Shown: piece by piece, positions 18,478 through 27,663 of the stretch
How the letters are laid out: each line of letters starts with the position of its first letter
Position numbering within the stretch: position 1 is the stretch's first letter
Notes under the pieces: generated by a model
What the model saw: only the letters and a program-made list of their open reading frames with translations
Database searches by the model: none
What the model was told of the DNA's origin: nothing
Program-made: the position numbers and the translations under genes
DNA from: an uncultured Clostridia bacterium
GTDB taxonomy: Bacteria > Bacillota > Clostridia > TANB77 > CAG-508
NCBI GenBank assembly: GCA_947589135.1
Contig: CANPZT010000001.1
Location: 1 to 39,651, forward strand
Direction of reading: 5' to 3'
DNA length: 39,651 nt

Positions 18478-20763
18478 TTAATATCTTCTATATCCTATAT
18501 TTAAGTCTACATCCCCTGAAATTCCAGATACAGTTCCTGTACTTGTATATTGCCACATATCATATTCATATTTGAAATTAGTTGGTTTTGATGCACTTCC
18601 TGTATAATGTGCTAACCATATTTCATATTGAGAAATGCGTGAATATTCTAAATTATTATAATACCAATCTCTACTAGCATACACCATTGGAGTATATCCT
18701 TTTGATTGTATTGCATTACAAAATGCTATAATTGTATCTGTCCTTGTCTTTTTGTCCAATTTATCAGCTCTTCCTGTTGCTCCATTTAATGCTGTTTCTG
18801 AATCAACAGCTACTGGATATGTAATTTTATAATTTTTTAATAAGCTTGCTACATAGTTTGCTTCTTCTACTGCCTCTGATACATTTACTGCTGCTGGGAA
18901 GAAATATATTCCAACATTAATTCCTGCTGCCTGTGCTCCTTCAATATTCTTTTTAAAATAACTATCTGTATATAATCCTCCTGATGTTGCTCCTCTATAT
19001 CCACATCTTATCATTGCAAAATCAACACCAGATGCCTTTACTTGTTTCCAATTAATATTGCTTCCATTCCACTCGCTTACATCTATTCCTTTATATTGTC
19101 TTTTATATTTTGAAACAATTCTAATTCTAATTCCCTCTATTCTTTTACATTGTCCTACTGTTCCTGCAGTTTCTCCATCTATATACCACTGACTCCATCC
19201 ATAGTCTTGAATATGTACCTGATATTCTACTGTATATGCATCTAATCCTTGTAACTTAATTTGTAAAGCTTCTATTCTTCTACTCATTCCTTGTGTCCCT
19301 GCAAGTTGTCCATCTGATACCCAACCTTGCCATCCAACATCTTGTACATGTGCTCTATATAAGACTTTTGCATCTGTTGGCACATCTTCTAGTTGTATTT
19401 TAATTGCTTCTATTCTTTTGCATTGTCCTTGAGTTCCTGAAATAAATCCTTCTGCCGTTGTTTCTTGCCATCCAATATCTTGCACATGTGATTGATATTT
19501 TACTTCTGGCTCTTTCTTTTCTGATCCTGATTTTATAATTCTAATTTGAATTGCTTCTATAGCTCTACATTGACCAGTTGTACCTGCTATTTCTCCATTT
19601 TTCTTCCATTTTTGCCATCCATATCCTGAAACATGAGCTCTATATTCTACACTATATCCTGATATATTTTCTATATTTATTTTTATTGCTTCTATTGCTT
19701 TTGCTCTTCCTTGTGTACCTGCTAAAGCGCCATTTTCTACCCAATTCTGCCATCCTATATCTTGTACATGTGCTTGATATGTAATTTTACTTCCTGATGG
19801 AACTTCATTTAAGTTAATCTTTATTCCTTCCATATTTTTAGATTTTCCTGTTGTTCCTGCCATACTTTCGCCAACTTTATCTTGCCATCCTATATCTTGT
19901 ACATGTGCTTGATATTGCACTTCTGGTTCTTGTAATACTTCCGCTTTTTTAGTTATTTTTACTTGAATAGATTCTATTCTTAAATTTTCTCCTACTGTAC
20001 CTGCTATCTCTCCATCTTTTCTCCATTTTTGCCATCCTTGGCCTTGTATATATGCTCTATATTCTACACTATAATCTGATATATTAACTAAACGAATCTT
20101 TATAGATTCAATTTTTTTAGCTTTACCTTCTGTTCCAGATAATGCTCCATTTGATACCCAAGCTTGCCATCCTATATCTTCAACATGAGCTTGATATTCA
20201 ATCTTTGCATTTGAGGCTGCATTCAATAAACTAATATTTAATGCTTCTAAACTTTTTCCACTACCAGCTGTCCCTATTGTTGTTCCATCTTGTACATATG
20301 AAGTCCATCCTTGATCTGAAATATGTGCTCTATACTGAACTCCTAATGTTGCTGATACGCTAGTTAGCATTATTCCTGTATTTATTGATTCTATTTCTGT
20401 ATCTTCTACTAATGTATTTGTAGTATTTTGATTAGTTGAATTTTGCACATTATTCATTGTATTTGTATTATTCTTTGTACTATTTGTTGAATTTGTATTA
20501 CTATTTGTGTTATTTGTATTATTGTTATTTATATTATTGCTATTTTTATTAGTATTATCTGTATTAATGTTATTTTTTGTGTTATTCATTGTATTAGTAT
20601 TATTTTGTGTACTATTTGTTAAATTTGTATTAGTACTATTTTGTACGCTATTTGTTGCATTTGTATTAACATTTTCTGCATTACTACTAAAAGCTACCAT
20701 AGACACTATATTACAAATAAAAATAATTAATATTGCACTTGTTAAAAACTTAAATTTGTTCAT
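18478..20763 (-). CDS. secreted cell-wall hydrolase: signal peptide, Asn/Thr-rich linker, nine ChW repeats, C-terminal GH25 muramidase domain
   Basis: C-terminus YKGIDVSEWNGSNINWKQVKASGVDFAMIRCGYRG is GH25-like. Nine H(V/I)QDxGW units. Probable start is the ATG at 20763 (MNKFKFL), with GAAAGGAAGGA upstream. Confidence 0.88.
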   Translation of the reverse strand: MNKFKFLTSAILIIFICNIVSMVAFSSNAENVNTNATNSVQNSTNTNLTNSTQNNTNTMNNTKNNINTDNTNKNSNNINNNNTNNTNSNTNSTNSTKNNTNTMNNVQNSTNQNTTNTLVEDTEIESINTGIMLTSVSATLGVQYRAHISDQGWTSYVQDGTTIGTAGSGKSLEALNISLLNAASNAKIEYQAHVEDIGWQAWVSNGALSGTEGKAKKIESIKIRLVNISDYSVEYRAYIQGQGWQKWRKDGEIAGTVGENLRIESIQVKITKKAEVLQEPEVQYQAHVQDIGWQDKVGESMAGTTGKSKNMEGIKINLNEVPSGSKITYQAHVQDIGWQNWVENGALAGTQGRAKAIEAIKINIENISGYSVEYRAHVSGYGWQKWKKNGEIAGTTGQCRAIEAIQIRIIKSGSEKKEPEVKYQSHVQDIGWQETTAEGFISGTQGQCKRIEAIKIQLEDVPTDAKVLYRAHVQDVGWQGWVSDGQLAGTQGMSRRIEALQIKLQGLDAYTVEYQVHIQDYGWSQWYIDGETAGTVGQCKRIEGIRIRIVSKYKRQYKGIDVSEWNGSNINWKQVKASGVDFAMIRCGYRGATSGGLYTDSYFKKNIEGAQAAGINVGIYFFPAAVNVSEAVEEANYVASLLKNYKITYPVAVDSETALNGATGRADKLDKKTRTDTIIAFCNAIQSKGYTPMVYASRDWYYNNLEYSRISQYEIWLAHYTGSASKPTNFKYEYDMWQYTSTGTVSGISGDVDLNIGYRRY
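19115..20345 (-). repeat. array of nine ChW-domain coding repeats
   Basis: The same repeat unit as in the CotH gene, in alternating long and short subtypes. Confidence 0.8.
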
Positions 20764-20918
20764 TTTTATAATCCTTCCTTTCAAAAATACAAATATTATT
20801 TAAATCCTTTTTTAATGTCTTTTCTTATTTATTTTATCTTTTTCTACATACTTTGTCAATAAATTTTATACAGTCAATTATTGGAATTACAACTATTTTA
20901 ATATATATAAATTTCAAG

Positions 20919-21086
20919 AATGTTATAATAAAAATAAAAGTTTTGATTGAAAGTAATTAAGATAGAAATGGTTAATCAATTTTATGGAAATAGTTCAAGT
21001 TCAACTTGAAAGGGCGCCATAAAATTGATTTAACATTTCTTCTAAAATTAGCTTGAACGATAAACTTTTATTTTTATTATAACATT
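20919..21086. repeat. palindromic structured intergenic element, copy D
   Basis: Perfect 25-bp inverted repeat at 20919-20943 / 21062-21086. The interior is near-identical to copy B (ATTGAAAGTAATT..ATCAATTTTATGGAAATAGTTCAAG..GGGCGCCATAAAATTGATTTA..AAAATTAGCTTGAACGA). Confidence 0.85.
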
Positions 21087-21109
21087 TTTGAAATAATTAC
21101 AAATCCATA

Positions 21110-22054
21110 TTATTTGTCAAAATTTATTTTTTTATCAATAACATATTGAGGTCTTCCTTTTGCTTCGTCATAAATTCTTCCTATATATTCAGAAATAACC
21201 CATAATGATAATAATTGTACACCTGCAAAAAATGTAATTGCTACCATAATAGATGTCCAGCCTGCTGATAAATTATTTAATTTAAATATATAAGAAATTA
21301 AAGCATAAATTAGTATTACAATAGAAACAATAATTGAAAATATTCCTAAAGCTCCTACTAATTTGATTGGTTTATTAGAAAAACTAATAATTCCGTCAGA
21401 TGCCAATTTTAACATCTTTTTTAACGGATATTTTGTTTCTCCTGCAAATCTCTCTTGCCTTTCGTATTCATAAGCATATTGCTTATAACCAACCCAACTA
21501 AATAAACCTCTTAAAAATTTATTATGTTCTGGTAAGCTATTAATTGTATCTACTACTTTTTTATCAACTAAACGGAAATCTCCTGTATCTTTTGGAATTT
21601 CAACATCTGATAATGCATTTAAAGTATTGTAAAACATTTTAGCTGTTAATAATTTAAAAGCTGATTCCCCTTTTCTAGTTTTCCTTTTTCCATAAATAAC
21701 CTCATTACCTTCTTCCCACTTTTTAAGCATATCTGGAATTAGTTCAGGTGGATCTTGTAAATCTGCATCTATAATTACAATAGCATCTCCTGTTACTTCT
21801 TGTAATCCTGCTGTAACAGCTGCTTGATGTCCAAAATTTCTAGAAAAAGATATTATTTTTACTTGTTTATCATTTTCCGCAATTTGTTCTAATATTTCTA
21901 ATGTTTTATCTTTACTTCCATCATTTATAAAAATAATTTCATAATTATAGTTTTCTAATTTATCTAAACATTCTTTTACTCTTTTGTAACATTCTTTTGC
22001 TACCTTTTCTTCATAATACATTGGTATAACAAGTGATACTTTTTTGTTTTCCAT
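21110..22054 (-). CDS. GT2 polyprenyl-phosphate glycosyltransferase (GtrB/CsbB-like) with two C-terminal TM helices
   Basis: 314 aa. SLVIPMYYEE, NDGSKD and IDADLQDPPE (DxD). The C-terminal hydrophobic pair is typical of Und-P-sugar synthases. Confidence 0.85.
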   Translation of the reverse strand: MENKKVSLVIPMYYEEKVAKECYKRVKECLDKLENYNYEIIFINDGSKDKTLEILEQIAENDKQVKIISFSRNFGHQAAVTAGLQEVTGDAIVIIDADLQDPPELIPDMLKKWEEGNEVIYGKRKTRKGESAFKLLTAKMFYNTLNALSDVEIPKDTGDFRLVDKKVVDTINSLPEHNKFLRGLFSWVGYKQYAYEYERQERFAGETKYPLKKMLKLASDGIISFSNKPIKLVGALGIFSIIVSIVILIYALISYIFKLNNLSAGWTSIMVAITFFAGVQLLSLWVISEYIGRIYDEAKGRPQYVIDKKINFDK

Positions 22055-22056
22055 TC

Positions 22057-23643
22057 TTATCTCCTCTTTACTTTTTTTATTTGATTTTCTATATTTTTTA
22101 TTATATTTGCAACTCCATATGTTCCTACTAATATAAACATTGGTATATAATTATATAAATATCTAGATCTTCCTTCAAACAAAACTATAAATAGTATAAT
22201 ACCAATAATTGAAAATTTCAATACATATATTTCTTTTTTTGTATCCTTATAAGTTGCAATAATTCCTACTAATAAAGCAATCCATGCTATCTGCATTATA
22301 TTTGCTGTAATGTATTGGTATTTATTAGAATTAAGATTAAAAAATCCTTGTAATGCTTTTCCAATAGCACTTTTATTATAAGGATCTGTTACAAAAAAAG
22401 TTCCCTCTGCTCCATAATAAAAAGTTCCATCTGATAAAATCCAATTCATTTTATTATATATAAAATTTAAATATCCTAATATTCCAAATTTTTGTAATCT
22501 CTGCTTAATTATCTCTATATTATAATTTTGTTTTTCCTTTTTTCCTTCTATTTTCTTAGTATTAGCAACATCTTCTCCATTATATGCGCCATACATAATA
22601 TTATTTTTTCCTTTGTTATTCATTTCTTCAATTTCAGCTTCTTGCATACCCATCATTAAGAAATGAGTTACTGGTATAACATTTTTCTCAAATTGTTCTT
22701 CACTAACATATTTTCCAAAATTTTTATATCTAAAATATTGATATGTTTCCATTGTTATTCCATATCCTAAGGCAAAAATTAACATTATAATTATTGCATT
22801 TTTTAAATTTTTTTTATTTTTTAATGACTTTATAGAAATATTTATTAATTCTACTAAAATAATTGCTATTGCCATTATAATACAAGTAGGTTTTATGAAA
22901 TATCCTACTACTATTAATACTGCTTCTATAAAAAGATATAAAAATTTTATCTTCTTATTTTCTTTTGATTTTAAATAAAAATAGTATATAGCTATTGGAA
23001 TCCATAGGCTAATTGTATCTGTATAAGGAACAATTATATGTGGAGAAAATAATATTAATGGAATAATAAATAAAAATACCAAATATGTTATTTTATTTCC
23101 AAAAATTTTTTTACTAGTTAAAATTGTGAAAACAACTGCCAAATCAATCATTATAATATTAAATATAACTGCAATCCAATAAATATTTTGTAATTCTATA
23201 ACATTAAAATAACCAACTAAAACATATAAATATTTAAATATCATTAATATTGCAATATTATTAGGATACATTGAAAAATAGTTTATATCTGGTTGCTCTC
23301 CTTTATACATACAAAAAGCATTATCAATTACTCCTCCGCAATCCCATCCACAATGTGCATATACTAAACCTGCTATTATAATTTGAATTAAAAATATAAT
23401 AATTGCTAATATAATCTTATAATCATTTTTTATCTCCATTATTTTAAAATATTTTTTTGATATATAGTAAAATAAATATATCATCATATATACTAATATA
23501 GTTCCGATCAACATAACTGGAACTATATAATTGATTTGTATTGTTTTATTAAAAAATATTGCATTAATTACTATAATAAGAAATAAAATTAAAAATGCTA
23601 TTCTAAATATTTTTAAAATTAATTTTTCTTTATTCCTTTCCAT
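22057..23643 (-). CDS. polytopic membrane protein, probable GT-C type (GtrC/YfhO-like) extracytoplasmic glycosyltransferase
   Basis: 528 aa with more than 10 hydrophobic segments. Sits between the GtrB-like and GtrA-like genes. The function is inferred from context only. Confidence 0.55.
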   Translation of the reverse strand: MERNKEKLILKIFRIAFLILFLIIVINAIFFNKTIQINYIVPVMLIGTILVYMMIYLFYYISKKYFKIMEIKNDYKIILAIIIFLIQIIIAGLVYAHCGWDCGGVIDNAFCMYKGEQPDINYFSMYPNNIAILMIFKYLYVLVGYFNVIELQNIYWIAVIFNIIMIDLAVVFTILTSKKIFGNKITYLVFLFIIPLILFSPHIIVPYTDTISLWIPIAIYYFYLKSKENKKIKFLYLFIEAVLIVVGYFIKPTCIIMAIAIILVELINISIKSLKNKKNLKNAIIIMLIFALGYGITMETYQYFRYKNFGKYVSEEQFEKNVIPVTHFLMMGMQEAEIEEMNNKGKNNIMYGAYNGEDVANTKKIEGKKEKQNYNIEIIKQRLQKFGILGYLNFIYNKMNWILSDGTFYYGAEGTFFVTDPYNKSAIGKALQGFFNLNSNKYQYITANIMQIAWIALLVGIIATYKDTKKEIYVLKFSIIGIILFIVLFEGRSRYLYNYIPMFILVGTYGVANIIKNIENQIKKVKRR

Positions 23644-23647
23644 TTTT

Positions 23648-24082
23648 TCATTCCTTTACTTCTTCACTATTCTTTCTAAAAATCACTAATTTACTTAGTA
23701 AATAATTCATAACAATTACCATAATTTGAGTAACAATTTTAGCAATAGTATCATTAATATTAAATACTTTTATCATCACAGCAAATGTTCCTATATCGCA
23801 ACAAATTCCTGAAAAAACTCTTGCTAAGAAAAAAGATACCATTTCTATTACAATATTTTTAAATCCTCCTTTTTTACTTTCAAAAACAAAAATTCTATTA
23901 GTCACATAAGCAAATAACACAGATATAAACCATGCAATTATATTGCTTATAACTTCATCAATTGTCAATAATTTGGTTGATGCAAAATAAACAATAAAAT
24001 TAACAACAGTAGTAAGTCCTCCAAATATTATATAATTTATAATTTCTTTATACCTTAAATATAGTTGTTTTATTTTTTTCAT
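23648..24082 (-). CDS. GtrA-family small membrane protein (lipid-linked sugar translocation)
   Basis: 144 aa with four hydrophobic helices. N-terminus NYIIFGGLTTVVNFIVYF is typical of GtrA-like proteins. Confidence 0.8.
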   Translation of the reverse strand: MKKIKQLYLRYKEIINYIIFGGLTTVVNFIVYFASTKLLTIDEVISNIIAWFISVLFAYVTNRIFVFESKKGGFKNIVIEMVSFFLARVFSGICCDIGTFAVMIKVFNINDTIAKIVTQIMVIVMNYLLSKLVIFRKNSEEVKE

Positions 24083-24156
24083 TTTAATCTCCTTTTTTGA
24101 AGGCTATATTGATTTATAATAATATGTACAATATTTTATTTTTTCATAGCTTTATT

Positions 24157-25398
24157 TTAATTTTTTTTATCCTTTTTATAACATATATAGAAATTTACAA
24201 TTAGAATTATTAATAATACTAGATTTATTAAAACATTCGACATACTTGCTCCTAACATATTATATTTTTCTACTAAAATTTTTGGCAAAATTAGAGCAAA
24301 AATTGATGTTATAATGTATCCTATTGTTGCTATTGTTTGCCTTCTCATAGTTGTTAAAACATATAAAAATAATACTGTTAGAGCATATAATCCACCTGAT
24401 AATACAAGCAAACATAAGTCTATTCGATATTCATTTAGTTGTACTCCATAAATAAAACTTAATATTTGCGTACCTATTGTAAAGCATACAATTTCTACTA
24501 ATATCATAACAATTAATATTAATCCACTTATTTTAGCAATAACTTTTTTCATTTGTTTATATTGCTTTTTGTTCCAAATATCACCTAATACTTTTAACAT
24601 TGGTTTTATAATAAATAAGCTTGCTAAGTTTATAGTAAATGCTGGTAAATAAATGATGTTATAATATGTTTGCATTTCATATGTACTTACAATATCAATT
24701 GCATATTTTACTGCATTTGTAATATATAAACTTAAAATAGTTGACAAAAATACAGGGAAACATTCTTTTAACATATTAATAATTACATCTTTTGTAAATA
24801 TTATTTTATCTTGATTAAATTTTTTAATTAATCTAATGTCAAATAATAAAAAAATCAATAAGTTAGTCAAAAACAAAATAGTACATGAAACAATAATATT
24901 TTTTGTTATTATATCAGCTATTAAAAACATTATCATTGCAATCCCATTTCTAATAACTACTGATTTTCCACCTAAATCTAGCCTTCCATTAACTTGAAAT
25001 TCTCCTTGATATGTTTCACTTAAATTATCAATCACTCTAAATAATATAAGCAATATTGTTATTGATAATTTTGTTGTATCATACCCACTAATTATTACAA
25101 ACGCAATTCCTATTGCTAGCATGATTGAAACTACTACAATTCTAAGTGCAATATATTCTACAAATTTATAGTTTCGTTTGCTATCTGTTACTTGATAAAT
25201 ACGAATTCCATAATCTCCTATTGCATTTAATATAACTGATGTTGTAAATGAAATTGAAAACATTCCTGCCATTTCAGTTCCATTTATTCTCGTACAAAAT
25301 AATAATAATACTGCATTTAACATTGATGCCACTATGCTTGCAATACTATTCCATAAAAATTCTGATTTTCTTACCATTTTTACTACCAATTCCTCCAA
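24157..25398 (-). CDS. Wzx/MOP-type polysaccharide flippase (GacK-like position)
   Basis: 413 aa with about 12 TM segments. The composition and size match oligosaccharide flippases. Confidence 0.7.
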   Translation of the reverse strand: MEELVVKMVRKSEFLWNSIASIVASMLNAVLLLFCTRINGTEMAGMFSISFTTSVILNAIGDYGIRIYQVTDSKRNYKFVEYIALRIVVVSIMLAIGIAFVIISGYDTTKLSITILLILFRVIDNLSETYQGEFQVNGRLDLGGKSVVIRNGIAMIMFLIADIITKNIIVSCTILFLTNLLIFLLFDIRLIKKFNQDKIIFTKDVIINMLKECFPVFLSTILSLYITNAVKYAIDIVSTYEMQTYYNIIYLPAFTINLASLFIIKPMLKVLGDIWNKKQYKQMKKVIAKISGLILIVMILVEIVCFTIGTQILSFIYGVQLNEYRIDLCLLVLSGGLYALTVLFLYVLTTMRRQTIATIGYIITSIFALILPKILVEKYNMLGASMSNVLINLVLLIILIVNFYICYKKDKKN

Positions 25399-25500
25399 TT
25401 TATAAATTTGGATAGTTAAATTTAAATGTCTTTTTTACTATTATATGTTAATAATATAATTGCAACTTTTTTGTCTTTAACATAATTATCTTTTATATAG

Positions 25501-26538
25501 CTACCACTTTATATCTATTTTCAATTTATCAATCATAAAACGATAAACATTAATATACACCATTGGCATATGCCACTTATATAGTTTTGAAATTCCCCAA
25601 AGTCCTACATGAGTAAATCCTTTTTTTAAAGAATATCCTAATTTTAAATAAGGAGATTTTTTCCATGTAGAAAAATTTTCATCTAAATAATTAATTGTTT
25701 CTTTCATCATCTGTTTAATATTAATTGATTTATCATAAGAAGCTCTATACATTACTGATGTTCCAAGATGAATAAATGCCATTAAGTCTAAAATATATTT
25801 CATTTCTTCATATTTATTTTCTTTGATATATAATTTCTTTAACTCTAGCAAGTATTTTTTAAAATTTTCAACATCTTGTTTATTAACATTATGAATTTGA
25901 GAATCGTACCTTAAAAAGTAATGATACAATATATCTGGAACAAATGCTACCTTTTTAATTTTTGTGTAACTACTAGTTAAAAATATCATATCATTAAATC
26001 CTCTAAAATTAAGGAATCGTAAATCTTTTACTTTTTCTAGTTTATAAATCTTATTCCATGGTGCAGGATTAATAAATAGCATAAAATCATCTTCATTATT
26101 AATTTCTTTTACACTATTTCCAAAGTTTGTCATATTTGTTGATACTACTTTTCCTGTATCTAAATCAATTCTTTCAAATCCACACACTGCTAAATCAGCA
26201 TTATTTTCTTTTGCTGCATTATATAGTTTTTCTGCCCAATTTGGTTCTACAAAATCATCTGTATCCACAAATGTAACATATTCTCCACATGCTCTTTCTA
26301 ATCCATAATTTCTTGTAGTAAATTCTCCTCCATTTTTTTTATGAAAAGCCTTTACTTTGTTTGGATATTTTTTTGCATATTCATCGATAATTTGTGGAGC
26401 TGAATCTGTTGATCCATCATCTACACATAGAATTTCTATTTCTTGTAATGTTTGGTTTACTAAGGCATCTAGGCACCTTGGTAAATAATTCTCTAAATTA
26501 TAAACTGCTGCTATAATTGATAATTTATATTGGCTCAT
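25501..26538 (-). CDS. family 2 glycosyltransferase
   Basis: 345 aa. LSIIAAVYNLENYLPRCLDALVNQT, VDDGSTD and FVDTDD (DxD). Confidence 0.85.
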   Translation of the reverse strand: MSQYKLSIIAAVYNLENYLPRCLDALVNQTLQEIEILCVDDGSTDSAPQIIDEYAKKYPNKVKAFHKKNGGEFTTRNYGLERACGEYVTFVDTDDFVEPNWAEKLYNAAKENNADLAVCGFERIDLDTGKVVSTNMTNFGNSVKEINNEDDFMLFINPAPWNKIYKLEKVKDLRFLNFRGFNDMIFLTSSYTKIKKVAFVPDILYHYFLRYDSQIHNVNKQDVENFKKYLLELKKLYIKENKYEEMKYILDLMAFIHLGTSVMYRASYDKSINIKQMMKETINYLDENFSTWKKSPYLKLGYSLKKGFTHVGLWGISKLYKWHMPMVYINVYRFMIDKLKIDIKW

Positions 26539-26550
26539 TTCCTTCCTCCA

Positions 26551-26606
26551 ATTTAAAGGGTTGTCCCATTTTTTCCTTTTAGAAGGGATTTAAAAGAACG
26601 TCCCCT
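26551..26606 (-). promoter_or_regulatory. two direct copies of a 19-nt motif (WGGGRAC..YTTTAAAT) between the DUF2304 gene and the next GT2 RBS
   Basis: Minus strand has AGGGGACGTTCTTTTAAAT (26606-26588) and ATGGGACAACCCTTTAAAT (26569-26551). The same motif forms the arms of the 9712-9849 palindrome and recurs at 39621-39639. Confidence 0.5.
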
Positions 26607-26940
26607 ATTCCCTTTCTTTCTCTTTTAGGGCAATGTAATGATTTAAATCTTTGATTTTTTCATTAAGTGTTGTTATTCTTATATTTTCTATGAATAATTG
26701 TATTAATAAAAATCCTATTATTATTAGATATACAAAATTCACTGGTGCCATAAAACCTAACTTTTCAGAAATCCACTCTATTACATTTGAAAATATACTC
26801 ATCAAAATTAATATTATACTTCCTATCATCCAAATTACTGAATTTTCTACTTTCAACTTTGATTGTTTTATTTTTGTAATACATAATATAAAAGAAATTA
26901 AAGATCCTATTATTAATATTATTCTCAGTGTAGTTGTCAT
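26605..26940 (-). CDS. DUF2304-like small membrane protein (GacJ/WpsB-like partner of the adjacent GT2)
   Basis: 111 aa with three or four TM helices plus a charged tail. Lies immediately downstream of a 230-aa GT2, the conserved GacI/GacJ arrangement. Confidence 0.7.
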   Translation of the reverse strand: MTTTLRIILIIGSLISFILCITKIKQSKLKVENSVIWMIGSIILILMSIFSNVIEWISEKLGFMAPVNFVYLIIIGFLLIQLFIENIRITTLNEKIKDLNHYIALKEKERE

Positions 26941-26961
26941 TTTTATATTCCTCCTTTTTTC

Positions 26962-27654
26962 CTATATTTTATTTTTTCTTGTTATTGCTCTAATAAATAA
27001 AATTGAGAAAAACATCTGAATCATATATTCTACAGATTTTAATGGTTTTAAATAACTTTCTCCGAATTCTCTTTCTCTCATTTCTACTTGTACTTCTTTA
27101 ATTTTCATTTTTTTCTTTAACATATAAACTAATGTATCAGGCTCTGGTGTTAAACTTGGATTTTTGACAAAGTATTCAATTGCTCTTTTATCATAAGCAC
27201 GCATTCCTGATGTTGGATCTTTTATTTTTTTACCTGTCGTTATTCTAATTGCTAATGTTAATAATATACTTCCTAACATTCTCATACTTTTTGGTTTCTT
27301 TTTATCTACGAATCTTGACCCAATTGCAATATTACAATTTCCCTCTTCAATTTCTTTTACTAAGTCTTTTAAATATATTGCTTCATGCTGTCCATCTCCA
27401 TCAAATTGAATTGCAATATCATAATCATTTTGATATGCATATTTCATACCAACTTGTATTCCACTTGTTAGTCCATAATTGATTGGTAATGATAAAATAT
27501 TAAATTTATTTTTTTCACATACTTCTTTCGTTTTATCTTTTGAACAATCATTAATAATTAAATAATCGTAATTTGTATTTTCTTTTAAATCCTTTATTGT
27601 TTTTTCAATATTTAATTCTTCATTATAAGCTGGTACAATTATTAAAACTTTCAC
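26962..27654 (-). CDS. GT2 Und-P sugar transferase (GacI/WpsA-like)
   Basis: 230 aa. VLIIVPAYNEE, INDCSKD and FDGDGQH. Confidence 0.8.
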   Translation of the reverse strand: MKVLIIVPAYNEELNIEKTIKDLKENTNYDYLIINDCSKDKTKEVCEKNKFNILSLPINYGLTSGIQVGMKYAYQNDYDIAIQFDGDGQHEAIYLKDLVKEIEEGNCNIAIGSRFVDKKKPKSMRMLGSILLTLAIRITTGKKIKDPTSGMRAYDKRAIEYFVKNPSLTPEPDTLVYMLKKKMKIKEVQVEMREREFGESYLKPLKSVEYMIQMFFSILFIRAITRKNKI

Positions 27655-27663
27655 TTTTTTCTC

